32,000 nucleotides of DNA from Vibrio alginolyticus NBRC 15630 = ATCC 17749 (GTDB taxonomy: Bacteria > Pseudomonadota > Gammaproteobacteria > Enterobacterales > Vibrionaceae). The notes below the pieces were generated by a model, which was not told where the DNA came from, did not search any database, and saw only the letters and a list, made by a program, of their open reading frames with translations. The stretch is from NCBI RefSeq assembly GCF_000354175.2, contig NC_022359.1, positions 810,001-842,000 of the forward strand. The letters run 5' to 3'. Shown in pieces: positions 25,586 to 32,000 of the stretch. The translations under genes and the position numbers were made by a program. The first letter of the stretch is position 1; the number at the start of each line of letters is the position of its first letter.

Positions 25586-25694
25586 AAAAAAATAGCCAAC
25601 CGCAAAGAGTGCGATTGGCTTATATACATGTGAACAAAATCAAGTTCACTAACAACGTCAGTTGGCTAGGTGACCCTCGGCTTAAGAAGGGTCG
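25586..25694 (-). ncRNA. qrr: Qrr quorum-regulatory sRNA
   Basis: The minus strand reads GACCCUUCUUAAGCCGAGGGUCACCUAGCCAACUGACGUUGUUAGUGAA(cuugauuuuguucac)...AGCCAAUCGCacucuuuGCGGUUGGCUAUUUUUUU. It contains the block conserved in all Qrr sRNAs (GGGUCACCUAGCCAACUGACGUUGUUAGUGAA, 25645-25676). It has the 5' hairpin and a terminator, and no ORF. Confidence 0.9.
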
Positions 25695-25704
25695 ATTTAT
25701 ATAA

Positions 25705-25721
25705 TGCAGTTACTGTGCCAA
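25705..25721 (-). promoter_or_regulatory. Sigma-54 (-24/-12) promoter of qrr
   Basis: The minus strand reads TGGCACagtaaCTGCA, with correct GG-N10-GC spacing. The GC lies about 12 nt upstream of the Qrr 5' end. Confidence 0.8.
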
Positions 25722-25782
25722 CTTTAATATGCCCTAAAATACGTAGTTTCTGTGACATGCGTTGCTTAAAGTTTGAGTATGT

Positions 25783-25809
25783 TTGCAATTTGCAACTGCG
25801 TTATGCAAT
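25783..25809 (-). promoter_or_regulatory. LuxO-type enhancer sites upstream of qrr
   Basis: The minus strand has TTGCAAATTGCAA (25783-25795), a perfect match to TTGCA-N3-TGCAA. An adjacent degenerate copy ATTGCATAACGCA lies at 25797-25809. The sites are about 90-115 nt upstream of the start. Confidence 0.65.
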
Positions 25810-25853
25810 TTGACTCTATTATGCTAATGATTGATTAATAAACAATGAACCTT

Positions 25854-27200
25854 TTAAAGCATGACTAAACTCGCCGTTCCTAAAAAGGCGAAAAAACCAA
25901 CTACATCTGTCACTGTTGTTAGAATCACCGAGCCAGCCAAAGCGGGGTCCAATTTAAACTTATCCAGAATAATGGGAATCAGCACACCAAATAAAGCTGC
26001 GGTAATAATATTGACGATAATGGCCAGCGCGATGGTTCCCCCAAGAACCGGAGATTGAAACCACAATCCGGCGAGCCCGCCGATGATTAACGCCCAAGCA
26101 ATGCCGTTCAGAGAGCCAATACCCAGCTCATTTTTCAATAGCTTGAAACGGTTACCTGGGGTGATCTGATTAAGCGCCATCGCACGAATCATTAGAGTGA
26201 GCGTTTGGCTGCCAGCAATGCCCCCCATGGATGCAACAATTGGCATGAGCACCGCCAAAGCCACCACCTGCGCAATTACATCTTCAAATAGTCCGATAGT
26301 GACAGACGCCAAAATCGCAGTAAGCAAATTGATGCCTAGCCAAACACCGCGCTTTTGCGAGCTTTTTAATACTGGCGCAAACAAGTCATCGCCTTCATCC
26401 ATACCTGTACCGGCCATCAAACGTGCTTCGTAGATTTCACGCTGTGTACTCAATGCAAACTGCCAATCGACTTCACCGATCAGTGTTTGGTCTGCATCAG
26501 TTACAGGGAGAGCGGGCAGTGTGCTGTGTTCTAATGCCTCTACCGCTTCAGGAAGCATCATTTTACTGTCTAGCACCGTCACAGCCTCAATAACGAGTGT
26601 TTTTAAGCGAGTATCGGGGTCACCACGCAAGATATCGAAGTAGTTGACCGTTCCACGATACTGTTTATTACGATTAATCAGATACACCTGTTGAGGCGTG
26701 TCGTAGCTATAGCGCTCCATTAACTGCTTAGCTGTCCCAATCGTAATGTTGAAGGGCAGGGTGATGATCTTACGTTCAGCCCAGTGGCCGAGTTCTTCAT
26801 CAGCATACTCGTTTGCTTGATCGTAAAGTTCCAACTCATCTTTTTCTATCAACGAGAGCGCTTCGTTGATGATCGACTCTGGCAACGAATCGGCCCATTC
26901 GATGAGCGACAAGTTGTCGAGTTTAGCGAGAGTGAGCTTTAGCTCGACTTCAGATAACGCATTGATGATAGAGAAACGTACGTCCGCACGCATTTCCGTT
27001 AACACGTCGATATGTAGCTCTAGTGGTAAAGCTCGCCATAAGCGAACACGATCGTCGATTGGAAATGCTTCTAGAATCAGGGCAACCGCGCCGGGCTCGA
27101 GGCCCGCTTCAATAGATTCATTGAGCGTTGCGACTTGATCCGCTTCTTCGGCTTGGCCAATTTGCTGGATTAGAGTGGAGAGATCTTGAAACTTGCTCAC
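25854..27200 (-). CDS. mgtE: Magnesium transporter MgtE
   Basis: 448 aa with a GTG start. The architecture is an acidic N-domain, a CBS pair region and a 5-TM C-terminal domain (GGIAGSQTLT..., VTDVVGFFAFLG), typical of MgtE. Confidence 0.9.
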   Translation of the reverse strand: MSKFQDLSTLIQQIGQAEEADQVATLNESIEAGLEPGAVALILEAFPIDDRVRLWRALPLELHIDVLTEMRADVRFSIINALSEVELKLTLAKLDNLSLIEWADSLPESIINEALSLIEKDELELYDQANEYADEELGHWAERKIITLPFNITIGTAKQLMERYSYDTPQQVYLINRNKQYRGTVNYFDILRGDPDTRLKTLVIEAVTVLDSKMMLPEAVEALEHSTLPALPVTDADQTLIGEVDWQFALSTQREIYEARLMAGTGMDEGDDLFAPVLKSSQKRGVWLGINLLTAILASVTIGLFEDVIAQVVALAVLMPIVASMGGIAGSQTLTLMIRAMALNQITPGNRFKLLKNELGIGSLNGIAWALIIGGLAGLWFQSPVLGGTIALAIIVNIITAALFGVLIPIILDKFKLDPALAGSVILTTVTDVVGFFAFLGTASLVML

Positions 27201-27312
27201 CGAGTACCCCGATAGTTAATTCGTTTTATGGAAGTATGGCATGTTATTGAGATGCACAACTATGCATCTTAACCTTGCTCAAGGTACTTGAAAGTAACAG
27301 AAAAACAATAGG

Positions 27313-28635
27313 CTATTCGCTGTTGATGGTGAGATATGGCTGTACCAATTGGCGAATGTTCACTTTTGCGCCAATACGGGCTGCCAGCAAGTACATTCCG
27401 CCGATTTTTCTGTGTAAAAATAGGGCATCTGCTGGTGGAGTATGCCAGTATTCTTGCTCCATGCTTAGAATGGTGCCAGCCTCGCGAAGCTTTTGTGCTA
27501 AGCCGCTGGCTTTGAAATCATAGGGCTCATCGACCAACATAGGTTCACATGCCATTTTCACTAGATCGAGAATCGCTTGGCGTTGGTCTGGAAGGATGGT
27601 TTGGCTGAAGAAGCCTATTTGTTCAAGCGCATTATTCAAGCCTTGTTCGTCATTGTTAACGACAGATGCGAAAGCTTGGCGATAGCCGGTACTGAACCGT
27701 TCGCTGTATTCGCGGGTCGCACCAAAGTCTAGCAAGCCGATTTGACGAGTGTTTTCGATATATAAGTAGTTGGCGAAGTTAGGATCGGTTTGCACCATCT
27801 TAAATTCGAACAGCTCCCTGAACAGTAATTCGAGTAGGCTGTGCATGACAAAATCTCGCGTACTCTGATCATAATGTTCGATTTGCTCAATCGGACTACC
27901 ATCAATGAATTCCATCGCGAGAACGGAGTCTGAGCAACTTCCAGTATGAATCTTTGGTACGACAAAATGAGGGTGCTCCTTCAAAGCGTCATGATAACGA
28001 ATGGCAAATTGCGCCTCTCGTGCGTAATCGGCTTCATCATGTAGCTGCTTTTTCGCTTCTTCGAGCAATCCTTTGTAGTCGACAGACTCGGGAATCAACC
28101 CAACGACCTTGAGCAGTGTACCGACATTGTCGACGTCGCTATCGATACTTTTCCGTATGCCCGGATATTGCACTTTGACGGCTAGGTTATCGCCCGCATC
28201 GCTGTAGGCTTGGTGCACTTGTCCTATTGATGCACTGGCGATTGGTTTGAAGTTAAATGACAGAAACTCAGCTTTCCAATTCGTTCCTAGCGAACTTTCC
28301 ATTACTGCGTTGAGTTGTTTTGCAGGCATTGGGTCTGCGTCGGAACGAAGACGGGAAAGAATATCGGCAAGTTCAGGTTCTAAAACATCACCAGCATCCA
28401 TTGAGAGCATTTGTCCAAGCTTCATTGCAGCGCCACGTAGGTGAGCAAGTTGGTCAGTTAAACGCGCGATGTTCTGTGGCGTCAGCAAGAGGTCTTTCGC
28501 TTTTGGTTTGTTGCCTTTGGCTATCTGCTTTGTGCCTTCTGCAATCACATTGCCTGCGACACGGGTAGCAAGTGAAGCGAACTTGCTGAATCTTGAGATG
28601 CGATGGGTAGGTAGGCTTCTTTCCTTTGCCGACAT
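27313..28635 (-). CDS. ABC1/UbiB-family atypical kinase
   Basis: 440 aa with SD GGAGAAG. Signatures of the AarF/ABC1/UbiB family are present: KLGQMLS, PIASASIGQVHQA, AVKVQYPG, QTDPNFANY and LLDFGA. Confidence 0.85.
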   Translation of the reverse strand: MSAKERSLPTHRISRFSKFASLATRVAGNVIAEGTKQIAKGNKPKAKDLLLTPQNIARLTDQLAHLRGAAMKLGQMLSMDAGDVLEPELADILSRLRSDADPMPAKQLNAVMESSLGTNWKAEFLSFNFKPIASASIGQVHQAYSDAGDNLAVKVQYPGIRKSIDSDVDNVGTLLKVVGLIPESVDYKGLLEEAKKQLHDEADYAREAQFAIRYHDALKEHPHFVVPKIHTGSCSDSVLAMEFIDGSPIEQIEHYDQSTRDFVMHSLLELLFRELFEFKMVQTDPNFANYLYIENTRQIGLLDFGATREYSERFSTGYRQAFASVVNNDEQGLNNALEQIGFFSQTILPDQRQAILDLVKMACEPMLVDEPYDFKASGLAQKLREAGTILSMEQEYWHTPPADALFLHRKIGGMYLLAARIGAKVNIRQLVQPYLTINSE

Positions 28636-28699
28636 GAATCTTCTCCGCTATTTACTAACTAATTGTTATACGGGAAAAGGATATGTTTGGATACAAATG

Positions 28700-28729
28700 A
28701 AAAGAAAACCGCCAGCGTAACTGGCGGTT
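28700..28729 (-). terminator. Rho-independent terminator after the HlyD-family gene
   Basis: The minus strand reads ACCGCCAG-ttacg-CTGGCGGT followed by TTTTCTTTTC. Confidence 0.8.
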
Positions 28730-28736
28730 TGCGAGT

Positions 28737-29960
28737 TTAGATAGAGTAGAAGAAGTACAGTTGAGACTTCATTCGGATGATGATCCCGCGAATTACATCT
28801 AAGAAGGCCATGAAGCCTATCGGTTTTTCACCGCTGACCCATGCGAGGCCAACAGAGCCAACAGGGATGTCGTAGCCTTCTGGCTCATCAATCTTAAGAC
28901 GAACAAAGTGGTGTTTGTTCTGTAAGTTCATTCCAGTGGTGACACGTACGGAATCATCGAAACCCAGCAGATTACCTTGTGACTCACCTGTTGCTTCAAC
29001 AATGCCTTCGACGGTCGCTGAGAAGATCTTTCCTGGGTAAACGGACGAAGAGAATTCCGCTGGCTGACCCGGTTTAATGTTACGAATCGCCTGATGGTTG
29101 ACCCGCATCAGCACATACTTCTCGTTAGTGTACATGTTGATACGCGGCATCATCGATACACGCTGACCTTCACGCAGGATAAAGTTGGTGACAAAGCCAT
29201 CTGTTGGGGCATGAACTTTTGTGCTATTCAAATCCCATTGCGCTTTTGCAATTTGCTCTTCAGCTTGGCGCAGTTCGGCTTGTTTGGTTTCAACTGCAAG
29301 TTCCGCTTTATGAATCGCCAGTTTTGCACGGGAAATATCGACTTGTTTCTTCTTAATTTGAGACTCAAGGGTTAACACGTTGTGACGTGCCATATCAACC
29401 GCACTCGATTGTTTGTCGATATCGCTTTCCGTGATGGTGTTGTGCACTACTCGGTTTTGCTCAACATAACGATCTAGCATTTTTTTCTGCAATTTGTAGT
29501 CAACTTTCGCCGCTTCCAACTGGCTCTTTGATGTTTCTAGATCTTGCACTAGCGCTTCGTGGTTAGCTTCTTCAATCTCGATGTCGCCTATTGCTGTAGC
29601 TAATGCAACGCGAGCAGAATCAGCGGATACGTTCGCTTGATTTAATGCGATGTTGTATTGCGTTGGGTCAAGTTCATAAATGAGCTGACCTTCTTTAACT
29701 TGCTGATTCGGCTCAATGTAAATGTGGTCAACTTTACCTTTTACATTGGTTGAATCTGGACGCAATTGGATGTGTGGCGACTGCACGACAGAACCGCCGG
29801 ATAAATCCATCGGGGTGAAGTTAATCAAACCTACCCAGACGAACATTAGCCAACCCAAGCCGCCAAGATAAGCGAACGATTTGGTTGCTTTGTTCCAAGG
29901 CATGCCAACCAAACGCAACAGATAGATGAAGAGTGCCCATACCGCTAAACCTTCTAACAT
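28737..29960 (-). CDS. HlyD-family membrane fusion/adaptor protein (YiaV-like)
   Basis: 407 aa with N-terminal TM segments, a lipoyl-like hairpin (GKVDHIYIEPNQQVKEGQLIYELDP), a long coiled coil and a beta-barrel. It is colinear with E. coli YiaV as recalled. Its ATG overlaps the upstream stop (TAATG). Confidence 0.85.
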   Translation of the reverse strand: MLEGLAVWALFIYLLRLVGMPWNKATKSFAYLGGLGWLMFVWVGLINFTPMDLSGGSVVQSPHIQLRPDSTNVKGKVDHIYIEPNQQVKEGQLIYELDPTQYNIALNQANVSADSARVALATAIGDIEIEEANHEALVQDLETSKSQLEAAKVDYKLQKKMLDRYVEQNRVVHNTITESDIDKQSSAVDMARHNVLTLESQIKKKQVDISRAKLAIHKAELAVETKQAELRQAEEQIAKAQWDLNSTKVHAPTDGFVTNFILREGQRVSMMPRINMYTNEKYVLMRVNHQAIRNIKPGQPAEFSSSVYPGKIFSATVEGIVEATGESQGNLLGFDDSVRVTTGMNLQNKHHFVRLKIDEPEGYDIPVGSVGLAWVSGEKPIGFMAFLDVIRGIIIRMKSQLYFFYSI

Positions 29961-30286
29961 TATGCTTCCTCTTTTGGCTGTGTTTCTGTTTGCGGTTTAC
30001 TTTTCCATGTATCACGCAGATTGATGATGGCTTTTTCCATATCAACGAATGCAAAGATCACGGCTAGCACCCAAACCCAGTGCCAGACAAACCCTATCCA
30101 GGTCAGCGCAGTGATGAGCCCTATCTGATGATGGTCTTTGCTGTGTGCTTTATTGATAGGCAATTCATGGATTTTCCAAAAGCCGTAACACGCGCCCGCG
30201 ACACTCGCAATTAAAACGACAGCAGCGACAACATGTAACGCCGTATCTGCGCCTGTACCGACAAACGGGACACTCAGTAAACTCAT
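29960..30286 (-). CDS. DUF3302 inner membrane protein (YiaW-like)
   Basis: 108 aa from the ATG at 30286 (SD GAGGAG). IHELPINKAHSKDHHQIGLITALTWIGFVWHWVWVLAVI parallels E. coli YiaW (LHDIPYLIAKKRNHPHADAIHVAGWVSLF...) as recalled. Confidence 0.8.
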   Translation of the reverse strand: MSLLSVPFVGTGADTALHVVAAVVLIASVAGACYGFWKIHELPINKAHSKDHHQIGLITALTWIGFVWHWVWVLAVIFAFVDMEKAIINLRDTWKSKPQTETQPKEEA

Positions 30287-30393
30287 TAAACACTCCTCTA
30301 TCAAACTGTTGGCGTATTGTGATCTGAATTTGATTTGCGGCTTTCTTTGTGACAGATTCAATCACTACAGGATTAAATTTGATGTGATTGGTT

Positions 30394-31395
30394 ATGAAAA
30401 CGGTTCGGTTTATTCGCGCGATGGGCATTCTAAACATGCATAACCTCGCGTTATCTAAATACAATTTGGACTCGGATGAGTTAGGGATCCCAGCATCGGT
30501 GTTTCGTAACCCAATGACACTGATCCCGCTAAAAGCCGTTGCGGAATGGTACCGTTGTGTTGAACAAGCCAGTGGTGACCCGGATGTGGTGTTGAGTCTC
30601 AGCCGAGGTATTGAACTGCAAAAGCTAGGGCCAGTGGGACGCTGGTTATTCTCCGGCAATGATTTAGCCAGTACCATTCGGCGAGTGAATTATGGTGTGA
30701 GCAACCTACAATCAGGGGCGTTTTTTGCTGGCGAACAGTCGGGTAAAATCATCAAATGGACTTACCACAACCCGTTTATAGAAACGTCAGTAAAGGTGCA
30801 CGATAGTATCCGCTGTGCGGTATTTATGATTAAGGTGTTACGCGAATTTCTTGGCAAAGATTACCAGCCTTTACGTGTCAAGGTTTCAGGCTCGAGAAAA
30901 AATACTGAGCGATACCGGGAATATTTCGGCTGCGAGGTGGAATGGAGTCAGCCAAAAACAGAGATATGGATCCCGGGAGATGACCGACTAGCTTCTCGCC
31001 AAGTGAGCCATCGAGAAGACAGCCGTCTAGCGATGAGTTTTTCCGATTTGGATGATTTGCTTAATATGCCCGACCCAGAAGATGAGTTGAAAGTGATTTA
31101 TGAAGTGGTGAATTACAGCAGCCATTATGGATTGCCAACGTTAGAGCGCGTGTCTTCTCTGCTTGATTTATCTGAACAGCAGTTTCAACGTCGTTTGCAT
31201 AAATTAGGGCTCAATTTTTCGACGGTTTCTGGCTATGTATTGAGTAATATTGCAGCTGGTTTGTTGAGTAAGCGCGTGAGTATTGATGACATTGCCACGC
31301 GCCTTGGTTACACCAATGTGGCGAGCTGCAATCGTATGTTTAAGAAACATCGTGGATTAACGCCCAAGCAGTATATGGGAAGATTAGAGAAGTAG
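30394..31395 (+). CDS. AraC-family transcriptional regulator (N-terminal effector domain + C-terminal HTH)
   Basis: 333 aa from the ATG at 30394. The C-terminal ~100 aa form a dual-HTH AraC region (...IATRLGYTNVASCNRMFKKHRGLTPKQY). It is divergent from the yiaW/yiaV-like pair. Confidence 0.85.
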   Translation: MKTVRFIRAMGILNMHNLALSKYNLDSDELGIPASVFRNPMTLIPLKAVAEWYRCVEQASGDPDVVLSLSRGIELQKLGPVGRWLFSGNDLASTIRRVNYGVSNLQSGAFFAGEQSGKIIKWTYHNPFIETSVKVHDSIRCAVFMIKVLREFLGKDYQPLRVKVSGSRKNTERYREYFGCEVEWSQPKTEIWIPGDDRLASRQVSHREDSRLAMSFSDLDDLLNMPDPEDELKVIYEVVNYSSHYGLPTLERVSSLLDLSEQQFQRRLHKLGLNFSTVSGYVLSNIAAGLLSKRVSIDDIATRLGYTNVASCNRMFKKHRGLTPKQYMGRLEK

Positions 31396-31429
31396 TGCTC
31401 CACTTATTTCTATGAGTACAAGCAATAAA

Positions 31430-31462
31430 AGCCCTCAAAAAAGTAGAGGGCTTTGTTTTTTG
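31430..31462. terminator. Terminator hairpin between convergent genes
   Basis: AAAGCCCTC-aaaaaagta-GAGGGCTTT is followed by GTTTTTT. Confidence 0.75.
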
Positions 31463-31485
31463 TGTGTTGTTGTTTTATGTAATGG

Positions 31486-32000
31486 CTATTTTTTAGGGCG
31501 CCAACTTAGTGCACTTGCAACAGCGCCGATGGCAACTACATCCTTTTTTTGTTCGCTAAGTTCAGGGAGCATCTGTACCGCAATGGTACCGTTCGTCTGC
31601 ACAGCGGCAATTTCTTGTGTGCCTTCCTTAAAGCTATAACCCAATGGAATGTCTACCGCCATCATGGCGTCAGGACTAGTATGTACAGTTTCTACATTAA
31701 AGTGGGTGCTACCAATACGCACTATGCCTGTCTCTTTTTTCTCAAAGCTGATGTCGATGAGAGCCGATTTTGGCTCCATCGCAAACTCACCGACTTTTTT
31801 ACCATCTTGAGTAATGTCACAGGTGTAAGGATCATTCCCACCAAAATCGACGCCCATGTAGTTAACCGACATACCGCCTCCGGTGCAGTTCAAAAGCCAA
31901 GTTTCCCCGCTGTCGATACGAGTCACTTCTGCGCCCATTGAACCTTCTTTGAAAGAGATACGGTTAAACCAACTTGAGTTAGAAGCACTGCGTGAATACT
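31486..32000 (-). CDS. Hypothetical protein, C-terminal part; 5' end outside window
   Basis: The frame stays open upstream of the track's Met (…YSRSASNSSWFNRISFKEGS-MGAEV…) to the window edge. I recognise no family. Confidence 0.55.
   Translation of the reverse strand, partial: YSRSASNSSWFNRISFKEGSMGAEVTRIDSGETWLLNCTGGGMSVNYMGVDFGGNDPYTCDITQDGKKVGEFAMEPKSALIDISFEKKETGIVRIGSTHFNVETVHTSPDAMMAVDIPLGYSFKEGTQEIAAVQTNGTIAVQMLPELSEQKKDVVAIGAVASALSWRPKK

Noticed and set aside
30287-30361. 25-aa extension of the DUF3302 ORF.
   Set aside because: The ATG at 30286 has SD GAGGAG and gives 108 aa, matching the size of E. coli YiaW (~107 aa as recalled).
30165-30677. 170-aa minus-strand ORF spanning the AraC/DUF3302 divergent region.
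   Set aside because: It overlaps two recognisable genes out of frame and crosses their promoter region. It has no motifs.
31412-31941. Plus-strand ORFs of 75 and 130 aa at the right end.
   Set aside because: The first starts in the terminator region. The second is antisense to the longer open frame that continues beyond the window. Neither has an SD or any motifs.
1-32000. Searched by eye for CRISPR repeats, IS inverted repeats or transposases, integrases, attC/VCR-like repeats, tRNA or rRNA genes, and defence-system hallmarks.
   Set aside because: None was found. The patatin gene looks like the housekeeping YjjU type and has no cyclase or effector partners. The HD protein is YedJ-like. No long direct or inverted repeats flank any block.

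Overview
The window looks like a core chromosomal segment of a Vibrio/Vibrionaceae genome. Supporting this are a Qrr sRNA, a TcpG-like DsbA and a Vibrio-type adenine riboswitch on add. I support about 35 protein-coding genes, most on the minus strand. They include peroxiredoxin, add, csp, pirin, patatin, yccF, a Gfo/Idh/MocA oxidoreductase and an rstA-rstB / lipoprotein / dgkA-eptA lipid A modification cluster. Further along are dsbA, a gpx-DUF3429 pair, ribB, an alpha/beta hydrolase, an LplT-PlsC fusion, a YedJ-like HD protein with an XRE regulator, codBA, mgtE, an ABC1 kinase, a yiaW/yiaV-like pair and a divergent AraC regulator. Three RNA regulators are invisible to the ORF track but readable in the sequence. 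They are an adenine riboswitch (about 2612-2684, minus), an FMN riboswitch with a terminator (about 17845-18035, minus) and a Qrr quorum-sensing sRNA (about 25586-25694, minus). The Qrr has a sigma-54 promoter and LuxO-type sites. I found no rRNA, tRNA, CRISPR array, IS element, integrase or prophage. I do not see a convincing entirely new multigene system. The best leads are listed here:
- The qrr gene sits in the unterminated 3' region of mgtE.
- The dgkA-eptA unit lies beside RstAB and has RstA-box-like repeats upstream.
- The orphan DUF3302 + HlyD adaptor pair has no visible pump partner.
- Three AT-rich pockets carry small candidate ORFs: 2937-4188, 6286-7311 and 25085-25585.

All homology statements come from reading the translations and from memory. 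No searches were run.
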